A program made the position numbers and the translations under genes. 64,000 nucleotides of DNA, from the NCBI GenBank assembly GCA_040954595.2, contig CM082577.2, positions 7,527,846 to 7,591,845 of the forward strand, in the 5' to 3' direction. The stretch is from Balanoglossus misakiensis (Eukaryota > Animalia > Hemichordata). Below, in pieces: positions 51,472 through 64,000 of the stretch; the stretch's first letter is position 1; every line of letters starts with the position of its first letter. The notes below the pieces were generated by a model. It searched no databases. It was not told the DNA's origin and was given only the letters and a program-made list of their open reading frames with translations.

Positions 51472-54400
51472 AACGGGCACCATTTATAAATCAGAGCCGC
51501 GCATGTTGTTACTTCCACCGAATGTCAGTTAATGTTAATTACTGTCAATGAAAACGAATAAATTGGTAGTTAACTTTTCAAAGCGCGTCTGGAGCGCTAG
51601 TTTGATCAAATTATACGCTACACTGGCAGAAGTTGCATAAAAAAACGGGGAAATAATCCAACCCGTTCTTCGACATCGTGACCCCCAGCCGTTGTAATGT
51701 AGTGGTGCCACGATTCTTGCATGGCTGCCAAGAAAATGTCACCTGAAATCTTGAAAGATTTCCAGTTGCCCTAATTTCTGTTGCGATGAAATAGTTTGAA
51801 AATATTTAAAATCCAATTCATGACCTGGGTTTTAGATTTTTCAAGAAGTAGATCTCACAATGTGAGAGAATCAACAGGTGTTTTTCAATTTGTATTTATA
51901 TCCTCACTCGCCTCACGATTGCGTATATGTTGTATGCAGACTACTTTGGAAACGACTGAGAGAATAAACACTGGTACATCATGTAGTTTAATGATGATTC
52001 GGCGGCAGAAAATGTGAGAGCATTCAGTGATGGCCCCAGACATTCAGACAGATAGACTGGCAGAGACCCGTGGCCAGCGACTTAACAGAATCACGACTAA
52101 TTTCTGTGAGAAAACCATCAACTTTTGCAACGTGCATGCTTATTGGTTAAGAAATGGTAAAGTGCATTCTATTTCCCTTAATGTGACAATTTATCGTCAA
52201 GGCGATTTCAAACCGAATGTTTAAACAGACTTCCGAATCAATTCGATCGACACCTTGACATAGCGGACTGGGCATCGTACCTTTACCCCCAGGCTGGCTG
52301 ATTTAATAAATTTAAACGTTAATTATTGAAAAGCATACTGTGACTTTGACAGTTCCTCTCCACAGACGACATCCATCTGAACGTCGGGAACAATTTGACA
52401 AACAATCGAGGGGTGGGATATTGTGATTGATCGATTCAAGGTACAAGAGTTAAAATCGCCACGGCGTATCGTTAACCTCACGGTGCCTCCCATAAATAAT
52501 GATTTCTGTTTTTTGTTGCCAGAATGAATTGACGAATGATTAGCGGAACTTAAACCTGATGGTTGTTTTTTATCAAGTTTTCTGTATAGCAAAGGGTCAA
52601 TCATTATAATCATCAGCAATGCTGAGTCCCCTCTATCCTCAGCCTCAACAATATGAAGCTTGCTTCTACAAAATAAAAGAACTCAGAACTAGCTTTTGAG
52701 ATCGTCGGCAGGCTATTCTCACCGTTCAGATTTTAACATTATGGACGTGGAGTATGGTTTGACCAAACATGGTCGACCTTTTTGCGGTCCCTTATTGTAG
52801 TGTGTAATCAAGGGGTTCAGTCGAGTCTAACCCGTTGCTTCGACACCGATTTACCTCAGAATCTAGTACGTAGAACACAAAGCATCATGAGATTGGATGG
52901 TGCTGCATCCCTTCCCAGTGTCCCTTGCTCTCGGGTACAAGTGGCGTATCCATACCACTAAATGTGAGCGACCTTGTAAAGCATAATGCACTGTACTTTG
53001 CAGTTATTGTCAACAATCAACGATAGACTTGGCTCTTTAATGCTAATCGACTGATGTGCACGACGCCGTCCACAACAGAAATCTTCGCAGTCAAACACAA
53101 AAGCTCGCGGGTTTCTATATACCTTCTTCGCTGTGACACCCGTAGAGGCGTCAATGCCGGCCGCTCATGAATGTAAAGCGAGGGTCATTTCTGTTAAATC
53201 TCGTGTCGAACACAATCGACCGCAGATGGAGATACGTGACAAGGGTGCGGTATCAGCGGTGTCGGCACCATTTTTATTCGATTGTAACATTCTTGCCGAG
53301 TCGAAAGTCAGTCATCATGGTTTCTTTTGTCATCCGTGAGTTATGATTGTTCTATGTTGCCACTTTTCGACACAATGCCCCGGAACAAGAGGTGTTTGTA
53401 CGTATATGTCTTTAACGGTAGATCCGTCATCCCCCGCGAACCAAGAGGGAGCCCCACAAGGGTCACAAGTTATTGAGAGAGGGCGTAATCTATGACATTC
53501 TTCGGCCACTCTGAAGAAACGAACTTTGGACAGAGAAGCACATTTTCAAATATTGACGATATCACGCGCCTAAAGCCTGCAACATGATCGCAACGGTTGA
53601 AAACAACTCATCCAGGATCGGTTTTTGCTCAATTGGAAAGTTGGTTTAGTAATATAGGTACTTTAAATGTAGAGACATGCAATAAAGCAGATCATGGGAG
53701 ATGCTCATGAACTTGTTTTCGAGAACGTAAATTTTGTGAAGTTGGACTGGTAGGCCAGTATACGTCCACGGTATCAGACATGCATGCCTTAAAGCCCCAG
53801 TCGCGCTGACGGGCGTCAACAAGACGATACGGACTGGTACTAATTCTTGATACCCAGTATCTAAGTTACATGGCAAGAGAGTGCACATGGACCTATGTTA
53901 TATGCAAATCGTCTTCACAATCAATAAGGGAACAATGAACTGATAATTTAGTGCGGGTTACTCGATGGTACTGTTAATAACAGAATGGTTTCGGCGTCTT
54001 TGTCCCAAGTACTGTAGAAAACATTTTCTTTAAATGCTTCGTGACGAACTAGTCCACCCCTTCAAGATAACAATTATCATTGATATTACTGCAATGTATT
54101 TGACAAAATAAAAAAATGTAAATGCAAACTTGGATATCTGTATATCTGCTTCTGTAAAAACTGGTGAGTATATGATACCGCTGACACCTAGCATCTCGAC
54201 CTGCCTGTGTTTATGCGCAGGGCACAATAAACACCGTGTGATAGACTTTAAAGCTTCGTTTGATATGTCTGGGTGACAATGCGGATCTTTTACCGCCCGG
54301 CCCAGACATTCTTGTTGGTTTAGATGTTTGTCCTCATGGTTTCCATTGTCATCGAGACTGGTCAGATGCACACAAGGAGAAGGGGTCACGCTGAGAGTGT

Positions 54401-56730
54401 CGTTTCTTCGTCGACAGGATCGTCCTTCACGTCACAGGCCGTAGAAGGATGTCGTTGACCCAGTCGAGTGGGGCCAGGTGTTACTTCAAAATAGCGCTAG
54501 TGCTATACAATAACTCCCATTGGGTCTTTCGAACTCTGAAAGATTTATGCGAACGATTTCTAAATATTGAAATAATGTGAAATTCTGAAAATTATCAAAA
54601 ATTACCAATCGTAGCAGTCAATCGATTACGATTTATATGAATTCCTAAGACTATCTGTAGAACGCCACTGACAATTCTCACGTCCTCTTCGTGATTATAA
54701 ACCGACAAGTCCCAGCTTCTAGGTCGTGATCACGATCACGAATTCCTGACATTTTTGCAAACATCTAGGGCTTTCTCCGTTTTATGGATTTACTTCATGC
54801 CACTGCTAGGCATGGGTGTGGTTACTGCTACAAGGCAATACTGTCGGAGTATTCACAAAGCACATATTAATATCGTGGTGACAATCATTACGAGCGATGG
54901 GAATTGAAGTTAACCTTTCTGCACGGCGGATTTATTTGACCTAAAATCTCCATTTTGAATAATAGCGTGTGCTTGGGATTTGGGGTGGGGGATACTAAGC
55001 ATCCATCAGTTTTAAACGCCAACTGACAGCCTTGGAACAGTTGTTCAGAAATACCATTGTCAATCGCAGGGGATTTAAAGAGGGTGGCTTACACGTGGTG
55101 GAAGACCGAATTGGATGCTGCCACCGATATCCAAAACTGCCAATATAATAACCGCTCAGTCACAATTACACGCATTCTCCTTTTGTGGAGGAGAATGAAA
55201 ATAGTGAGAAATTACGCTTCCCACTGCACGCCGGCAAACCATCAACAGATACTCAGTGGCAACGATGACACTTGTCCTTTCAAGGGATCCGTCCGTCTGC
55301 CAATCAATGTTTCTCCCAAGTGGTTTGTGTGAATGAGACTGGCGCAGCTTGATGGTAAACCGTGACAAACAAGTCGTAATTTTATGCGTAATAATTGACG
55401 CGGGGCGTCACATTTCGCTTCCAATATTTTTTGCCCCAAACACACCGTCACACGAAAACACACATATTCATACGAGTCACCCCGGTATTAAATCGTATAT
55501 ACATGTATGTATAACGGGTCGGGCCTGCAAGGGCGCCCTCACCAAGAACTCACTCGATGACAATCAATCACGGAGCAACAGCACTGCGTATCTTAATTAA
55601 ATCATCTATTTGTACGTGTTTACGTCTGACAGATAGGCGACTGAGTGTGACCATCCCCTGCTTCAGCTGTGCACATGCTCAATAACACACCTGACAACCG
55701 GTGTAACTTCAACCTCTTTTTTTTTCCAAAAAAAGGGCATATATTATGCGAGTGAAGGGAGAGGCGTTTCTTAAGGAGAATCAGCGAACAAACACTTGCG
55801 TTTAATAGTCAACTAATCCATGACAATTGTCTCATACCAACCCAAGCACGACGTGCGTTGCCAATGCATCTGTTGTCTCCCATTTACATGACAAAAACGG
55901 CGTCCTTGTGATAAAGGCGACACATAAAGTGTGGTTCTTGTGCGGATAGCTTCGTAAACTTGGAGCAAGGTGGTTTGATTTACGACGGACCTGTTTTTCT
56001 TTTTCTTCATCAACCGCGTCGCCGAATCTCGCATTTCTCGGTGGGAGCAGGAGTAAGAAGAGGACTGGAACATTTTGACGTGTTTGATCCCTGGGAGAGA
56101 GTAAGCAACGGTCCGCCGTTAGAGGGTAAATCTCGGCAGACAATTACAGTCAACGGTGATAATGGGTTATGCGCATGGTGGCCGTAACCCCAGCGTTCGT
56201 TTCGTCAAAAAAGCCCCAGTGACAATTCAGCCTTTCTGTTGATTCCCCATTCATCGTTGTTCTCCAGGAAACGCGTTCAGGGCAATCCTTTGCCATACAG
56301 AAAAACACATGACGTATTCAGTTTGAATGCGTACACCACTGTACTATTGTTCGTCGCCGCATACAGGTTTTGCGTACGATTGTCCCACGACGCTATTGAC
56401 TGAAAAATATGCACAGGCAGACAAAAATTGGATAGATTTCATTAAGTTTCCACAATTGGAAGAGTAAGATTGAGTCTCCCACCTTACCAAAACACTGAAG
56501 GATGCACTGTCTATTCTGAAGGGATTGGCTCGCCCGGACAATCCGTGAAGCGGCTCAGCCTCACAGTCAATTCTCGTCCTGGGTGCAAGAGAAGAAGGAG
56601 TTCGCCTCGGGAGAGTTCTTTGTCATCTCGCTACCCACAACGCGTCTCGCTCCTCATTCGGTTGGCGTTGCTGTCCGCGGGGCGTCATGTAAACTCGCAG
56701 AAGTGGTGTTGGTGGTACTAGTACGATTAC

Positions 56731-56761
56731 GTTACTCTCTTTTTTCAGACAAGGCATCGCC
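56731..56761 (+). other. Splice acceptor and 13-nt 5'UTR portion of the first coding exon
   Basis: TTACTCTCTTTTTTCAG|ACAAGGCATCGCC-ATG, with AG at 56747-56748 and a Kozak-like GCCATG. Confidence 0.7.
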
Positions 56762-57187
56762 ATGCAGACGCGGGCAATCTGGATTACACGCATAGCCGCT
56801 GTGTTGGTTCTCTGGCCGGCAGCTTGCGCGGCCCAGAACGGAACAACCCCTGCACCGACGTCGCCGCCCAAGGAAACCCTCAAACTCGGCTTCTTGATAG
56901 CGACAATCGGCACGCCGATAGCGATGGCGTTCACCGCGGGGGGACTGGTCTACGCCGTGGAGGAAATCAAGAACGACAGCACGCTCTTGCCGGACTACGA
57001 TCTGGAGATCGTCCGGGGTTCCACCGGATTCATCGCGGGGACAGAACTCAATTCCCTCAAGGGATACGTCAACCTCGGCGTTAGTGGCGACTACATTGAC
57101 CGACCACATGTTGTCTTCGGACCCGATTTCTCGTGCATCACCGAAGCTCGCGTTGCCGCTGCGCTGAATCAACCCATGATATCCTAT
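56762..57187 (+). CDS. First coding exon of a probable receptor (membrane) guanylyl cyclase, natriuretic-peptide/speract-receptor type; signal peptide plus start of the ANF-receptor ligand-binding domain
   Basis: Hydrophobic signal peptide (MQTRAIWITRIAAVLVLWPAACAA), then LKLGFL, AGGLVYAVEEIKNDSTLLPDYDL and VFGPDFSCITEARVAAALNQPMISY, which are hallmark motifs of this ectodomain. Codon usage is GC3-rich. The exon ends after 142 codons at a phase-0 donor TAT|GTAAGT (57188); the rest of the listed ORF is intron read-through. Confidence 0.9.
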
Positions 57188-59213
57188 GTAAGTACATGTT
57201 CACATTTTTACTTTAATAAGACACACACAAAAATGTTTGAAATCGTCTTGACATGGAACCCTAAAGATGTACCGGCCAAAATTTGCTGACCGCTGGTGTC
57301 TCGCTTAGTAAAGAAAACGACCGTACGGTCTTCAGCAAACGTCCTTAAAACCTTCGTTAAATGGTGGTTTGCTAAACAGTCTTTGAAAACCGATAATAAA
57401 GGTGAACAGTCTGATGCATTATCTGCAGTCGCCTTTAGGAACACTGATTTGCCACGTTACGTGGCGTGTATAACATTAAAGAAAGCAAAATAAATCACCT
57501 TTTGCCTGACAATATTACCTGCTATACCACGTCGAATATAAACTTTGCAATTCAGTTTTTTTTTTATCTATAATTCAATTAAGGAGGGATTTCTTACTGA
57601 CACGTTCGTATGAAGGTTCAACTATTCTGAACACAAGACCACTTCGAGTCGCTTCTGGGTTCTCAAATTGAATTCCACTAAACTTGAATGGTGCGCGTGT
57701 CAACGAGATATTATCCTGTAAAAGCGGTATATATACTAAATATAAACAGCTACCGTTTTGTGAAACGCAGCCCGCCTTCTCTCGGCGAAAGATTTAAAAA
57801 TGCGGGAAATCGTACCAAAGTGTGTGATGCCAATTAAATGCACAGTGTAACTTCGTCAGAGTATACGTGCGTGTCAGCTTCGACTGTTTCCGAAGGTGAT
57901 ACGGTTTAGAATTCTACGCACACTAGGGCGGAAACTCGTAATCAAAATAAAAAAAGAACGCGCCTACTGCAAAATGACTGTGATTTCGTCTACCTTTTAC
58001 CGTATTGGTTATTTTCTTCTTCTATTTGGCTTGTACTAATAGATTAAATTACGACTCTAGACTGTTATTGTCCGGTGGGGGTACTGGAGTGTGTTGTTCC
58101 CACTTAACCAACGATGCGGTTATTTATCGCTAGGCCGTAAATACAGCATAAGTCACGAATAATGCGTCGCTATAAAAGTGTCGTTCTAAAGACCGCAGCA
58201 GGCGTGGCAGCGTATAGATTTATGCAGGCACGGCAACTGTAAGGGAGGATTGTGTATTTCTGATCATTTTGTTTCACCTATCGTCGAGTTTGACTGTTTT
58301 TTATAATCATGCGGACTGTTGTTGGCCCAGATTCTGACAGTTACCATGATGAACGATCTGAACACTGGTGGTTCTGTATCATTATCACATCGAAGCATCT
58401 CGGCGACACAACGCCATGTGCAAAAACTCTTTCATTCGTTTATTTCACAGTGGAACGTGATGACCACGAACACGCACAACGTAACAACCGTTTCCAACTC
58501 TTTCACCGGTCGTCGCGAATAAATGTTTGAACACGGGGGAAATGCGTACGTGTGTCGCTATACTATGCCCTCCGTATGTTCACCCTTTGTTGAACAAAAG
58601 ATGGCGAATTATATGTTACTTTAAACAGTGTTCGTGTTGTCGGTTGAGTGACAACCCAGATATGACACACGAAGCTCCCAATAAGCGATTCGTATATGTA
58701 ACATGTAACTCGCAAATTAACCCAAAGTGATCAAAGCAGAGAAGTACTATACCAAACTGGCCCCCTTTTTTCATTCGACGTGTGATGTAGTTGCACGTGA
58801 TAGATGCCGCATAGGCGAAGAGTGCACCTGCCCTGCCTTTGTTACTGGAATCGACTAAGTCACTGGAGATCAATAGACCTAATCGAGTTAACAGTTGGGC
58901 TTTATGTCATTTAGGAGGGTGCCGTATACAGACCTACTGGTCGCAACAATCGCCCGGCAATGCACATTAATACCGCGCTGAAGAATTGTGCAATGATTGC
59001 ACAGTCATATCCACTGAGGCAAGACTGCCATTGTGTTGGGGAACATCTGTAATAATTAACGGATCTTTGGGCGAACGTGACAAAAATTAGAAATCAATTG
59101 GCCATGATGGTAAAGGGAGAGAACAGCGGCTGTATGTGTATCTTTTGAATTTTTATCGCGTAGCTTCGCCAGCCCTGTTTCATTCATCTCTGCCTGTTTC
59201 TGATTGTGACTGC

Positions 59214-59240
59214 TTGTCTATCTGTCTGTCTGTCTGTCTA
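59214..59240 (+). repeat. (TGTC)n microsatellite
   Basis: Direct reading; intronic. Confidence 0.85.
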
Positions 59241-60306
59241 TATTTGCTAGTTATTTCTACCACTCAACGAATGTCTGTCAATTTGTGTTTCCGTTCGTCT
59301 TTGTGTATAAGACTGATGGATAGAGTCCTCTCACAAACCTAATCCATTTTAAGACACGAGTGTACGTAAACATTTCCCAAGTTCAGTTATTAAACTTTTT
59401 TGTGGTAAACCATCGTAAACCTTCATCAAGCTCAGATTAGATTCTCCAGAAGGGAAGCCTTGAGCAACCACAATATCTTGTCTCCATCAAGGTATCAAAG
59501 CCTGCCAGTTCCCAGACTGGAATACCCAGTCGAAACTGACCCACAACAGAAATGGAAAGGACAAACCACAAACGTTTTTTTTTTCTCTCCCACTCAACTT
59601 CGCCTCTGATGATGAAATAACGATATATTCTTAATTTCCCCTTCCAAGTTTTGTGTATCTTCATTCCACTGTTTCTGTGAGTTAAGAAATATCACGTTAC
59701 CAGGTGCAAATCAAGCATGTGATAAAAGGTTGCATATCGTGATCTGAACGTCATCGGCACAAATGTGAAATATACACTTATTTGCCCATGACACGCTCAA
59801 CTTCAAGTCCTCGTCATAGTCCGCATACCGCGATGAATTAGTGACGGTTTGACGAGCACAACGCCCATCTCCCCATTCTTTTCTACTCTGCGCACTCGTA
59901 CGTTCGTTTAGTGTCAATTTCAAAACCATTCAACAAACACTCCATTGTCAACGAATGAAATTAACGGTCTATGCGCATCGGTGTCCGAGCAGCACCGTCA
60001 TTGTCGACCTTCCAGAGGGGGGCATACCGCGTGCAAGCCTCATGATCTTCATGGTTGCATTTATGAACCGTGTCCGAGTTTACGACATGGCGTATCTGCC
60101 CTAAGTGCCTTAATTGCGTCTTTTAGACCAGCCATCCATAGCTAATGTGTCAGAAAACATCGAAAATAAAACAGTGTTAAAGTAAGGGTTCTGGAGTGTA
60201 TCGTTTTGACACACCTTGCTGGCTGCAAGCGCGACCCGAGCCGGGTGGTGCGCGGCGAGTAACCAGCATTTCAGATCGTCCCCCTCTGTAATTCTCGCTA
60301 AACCCA

Positions 60307-60376
60307 TCTGTCTGTCTGTCTGCCTGTCTATCTGTCAATGTCTCTGTCGCTATGTCTGCCTGCCTGCCTGCCTATC
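60307..60376 (+). repeat. Degenerate (TGTC)n/(TGCC)n microsatellite
   Basis: Direct reading; intronic. Confidence 0.85.
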
Positions 60377-63300
60377 TAATCCGGCCTCTACGTCTCTTCA
60401 AATCTACACGCCTCCTCGTACATACATTGTTGTATCCATTCGTTTTTTTCCTTCCCTGTCTCTCGATATCTCTACCTTTGCCTCCCGGTCTCTGTCTCTC
60501 TCCGCGTCTACGGTGGTTGATTACACATTTCAAAATAACAAAGTGAGTGACACGAACTCTCGGGCTCCAAGGAGACAACTGACAATAGGCAGAATACTTT
60601 CTATATGTGAGGACGCTCATCCGAGGGCACCAATTGTCCCCCCCCCCTCCGGCGAGTTTAAAGGGTACAGGAATGCCCTCGCCTCTTCTTTAAAATGCCA
60701 ACAGATTAAAATCGCTGAGTGATTACGCTGGTGCGTACCAACTGCGTTCTTGAAGGATTAAATCGCGTCTTCTACTTATAGACAGACGCACCGTCGAAAC
60801 AGTTGAGACGGAAGACAACGCAATAAACATACACCTAGACGCCAATTCACGAGGCAGACCATTCAAACTCAGTTACGGTAACAACGCCAAGGTCACCCCC
60901 TTTTGTATACTACTGCATTCCTTGAAGATTTCGCAGTCACAATAAGAATACGATATATGACAGAGGGAGTGATGAGATCAGGAGACTTTCAAGGTGTTCG
61001 TGTATGGCTGGCGGCGTATTGTATTCGATACCTTTAGGATCAAACATCGCGCATTCACTCCGCGATTGGAAACCAATCTTCTGATAAGGCAGCACCAGTC
61101 GTCAATAAAACCCAATATTAAACAGCATAGTTTTGCGTATTAGACAAGGGCCGTGTAAGTACAACGTGCCCTGTGAAAGTAAAGTTCCTGTGCGTGGCAA
61201 ACAATTTCGCGTGTGCGGATATCATCCAGAAAAAGTTACAACGAAGCTTCCGTGCGTGATCTTTTTTTTTAATCCGGCGGTCCGTTTCAATGTGGACACG
61301 GCGTGAAATTCGAGGCATTTGCTGGTGTCACGGAGTCTTCCAGTTAAGATGGATCGCTCGTTAAATATTATTGATTTCTAAATTAGCTTATTGGCCTTTA
61401 TCACCCAATTTACGGTTTGGTGTAACATCCCAGTCCGACTCTTCCGCGTCATCGAATATTCACAAGACAAGACACGGCAATATGCCACTTGGGACTAATA
61501 AAAATTCATTATTCAAAATCCAATCTCGGAAAGGGCTGTCCACGCGACTCTTGATTCACTGGGACAGTGGCGAATGTTCATATTTTTTTGTTTTAATTCC
61601 CAATCTACTCTCGACGTGTCCGTCGATTACTAATTTGTCACGGTTATCGAGCACTGAAATTAAGAGATCACAGTGCTCGTGATATATGTGCTTTGCGAAG
61701 GACGATTTTAAACTCAGCTAAGCCTGGCGACAGCGATTGAGAGTCACCGACGGAATTTGAACGCTGATCAGTTGTTTTTCGGACCAAGCCGTAATTAGAG
61801 AAAGCTATAAAAATGTTTTACTCTAGCGCAATGCCCGACCTTGGAACTTCAGTGGAGATAGAAGCAAACAGTGTTTTCAGTGTTTTAGGTGTAATGTCTG
61901 CTGACGCCGACCAGCATCAGGTATGCAAAAACGACTATTTCACACACAAAAAGATAGTAGTAAATGGCGATCGTACACAATCTTCGGCTGGTTCAGCGAA
62001 AAAGGAACAAATGTCGCGTATGGCAAAACCCTGCTACGGAACAAATAATGTCGAAGTGAAGAATTCCTCGAAAATCTGAATCGTAAAAACCAGCAATCAT
62101 TTTTCAAATCTTGACAAGGTTCTTGTGTTCCATTCCTAATTAAGTCAAATCTGATAAGATACACAAACTGGTAGTTGTGTGTAATTAACTTTGATAGTAG
62201 GGTTAATGACGCCATTCTGATATAGACATGACATTTTAATATAAATGTTAATGGCATACAGCGTGCTCGGTCAGGAAAACTAATAAAATGGATTATTTTC
62301 CGATAAATTTGCATTTCATCAGCTGTTGCTTTGCTAGAGCGATATTCCAGCTGTATATTTTTGGTTTTGAAATGAGGTTTGTTTTGTCAAAAGAGAGGTT
62401 TCCTAGGAGTAAAGTGAAACGTTTTTCCCGTTTCGTATACGGGTTATTTTTCCTCGTTTTATTTGCATATCATTGATAAGGTAAGAGCCAATGAGAGGCG
62501 ATATTTTTCAGTGTAATCTTTCATCAGTCGTGCGAACAATTTTGTCATCTGTCATCTGTATGTCACGTTCTAAAATGGCGCGGTATAGGTTGTCGTGTCA
62601 CCAGACTCTCTACAAGCTGGAGCTGTTGGCATTTTTACTGGCGTGTCATCCATCATCTTTTTGACACGAGTTCACACATCCGAGTCCAAATCACTGATTT
62701 GTATAACACACAGAATGTATTTATTGCTTTCATGTGAAATTGGATAGATATCACCCGATTGTTTATTTTACAAAATTGCATTTTTTATATTGCATGTGCA
62801 TTTTTCAAATGTAAACATAGGTAGTGTTTTCTTTCGAGTGTTGATTCATCCCGTAGCGTGACAATCGACAAGATTTATTACATTCTCTGTCTGTCTAACC
62901 AAATTCATATTTCGCTTTTTCCGGTCAATTTTTCACGGACGCTGGTGATGCATGGATATTAAAGATCTGGTCGCGATCCAATCACATAAAATCTCTGTCT
63001 CCATGGCAACTCGCGCGGTGACAATTCTATCGCTGCCAGAAAGTTTAAACAAAGCGGCGTTGAGTTTCTGCCGTCTCTGATATTCTAAACAGTTCCTTAA
63101 ACTTTCGTTTATCACGAACGCGCAATTTCTAGTTATTAAAAAGTAAGTGTACGTGATGTGCTTTCTCAAGTACACGTGGTTTTGTCAGTTCCATCGACGT
63201 GATTCTCGTTGCGCACAGTGGCCCCCAACTAAAGCTCATATACACAGGCGTCGAGACGAAATGTCACCGACTGCAGGAATGATGATGGCTCGCTTCCGAT

Positions 63301-64000
63301 GTGTGATAGCAGCATAGAATATGAGATAATAAAGGAACGTGCAGGAACCCGCAGTAGGCTGCATTTGCAGTGGCAGGTTCACGCATTCACAACGTAAACC
63401 GGAAATACCCGTCAGTGCTTTCAGTACGAGACACAAAGTTCTCTATGACGAATTATAAGATCATATCTCAGAATCTGTCCCCGTTATAACGCTGTCAAGG
63501 GGGAGGCCTCTCTGAAACGACAAAGTCTGGCAATCGACGTACAGAATCCAGGCGACACAGTTATTCCACTGAAAGAAATAACGATGTGAACGACTGCGCG
63601 TCTCTGCCTGTAAAACACTGGCCCCGCATATTAATCTGTAAACCACTTAGAAAATGGACGTCTTTTTAAAGCGAGTCTAGTGCAGAAAGAAAAGCTAATT
63701 TCGAAAAATACGGTAATAAACCGAATTCGACCAATCTCGGTAATTGGAATAATAACGTATTATTAAACCAAACAAACCATGAAACGTGTGCTGTGAATAT
63801 TTCTTGCGAGACGCCGTAGTCAGTAATACCCAGTTCCAGGTGAAACAAAATTCCAATCGACACGAGTACTATACACCTCATTTTGAATAGAGGATTCTAG
63901 TGACGCCGACAGCGATAATTTAAAATAGTTTAAATCAATGAAGTCAACGAGTCAATAGACAATACGCAGAGCCTAGGGTATAATCTCTGCGCATATGCTT

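Noticed and set aside
56732-57172. 146-aa antisense ORF overlapping the receptor exon
   Set aside because: This is the expected shadow of a GC3-rich coding exon.
57188-64000. Second exon of the receptor gene (expected C...VSxKxxFPTFxRT-like peptide), including a mini-exon candidate near 61878-61920
   Set aside because: No matching peptide was found, and the candidate has in-frame stops in phase 0. The intron probably extends beyond the window.

Overview
Animal (eukaryotic) genomic DNA, mostly non-coding. The repeat content and the one clear gene suggest a marine invertebrate, possibly a hemichordate or echinoderm; this is inference only. Nearly all ORFs in the supplied track look spurious. 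Two features are well supported. (1) A 4,683-bp palindromic DNA transposon derivative at 33700-38382, with termini TAGTCCATGGGCCAG...CTGGCCCATGGACTA and a 3-bp ATA target-site duplication. It has two ~2.1-kb inverted arms, each with three ~360-bp subterminal repeats and the same frameshifted N-terminal fragment of a probable Academ-type transposase, so it is effectively two 5' ends fused tail-to-tail. (2) The first coding exon (56762-57187, +) of a secreted-pathway receptor with an ANF-receptor/periplasmic-binding-type ectodomain, most likely a receptor guanylyl cyclase. Weaker signals include a candidate minus-strand promoter with a non-coding first exon (40728-40921), a Helitron-like 3' end (27674-27715), two MITE-like hairpins and several microsatellites. 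I found no clearly new multi-gene system. The best candidate for unusual biology is the transposon palindrome, which could be a source of hairpin RNA.
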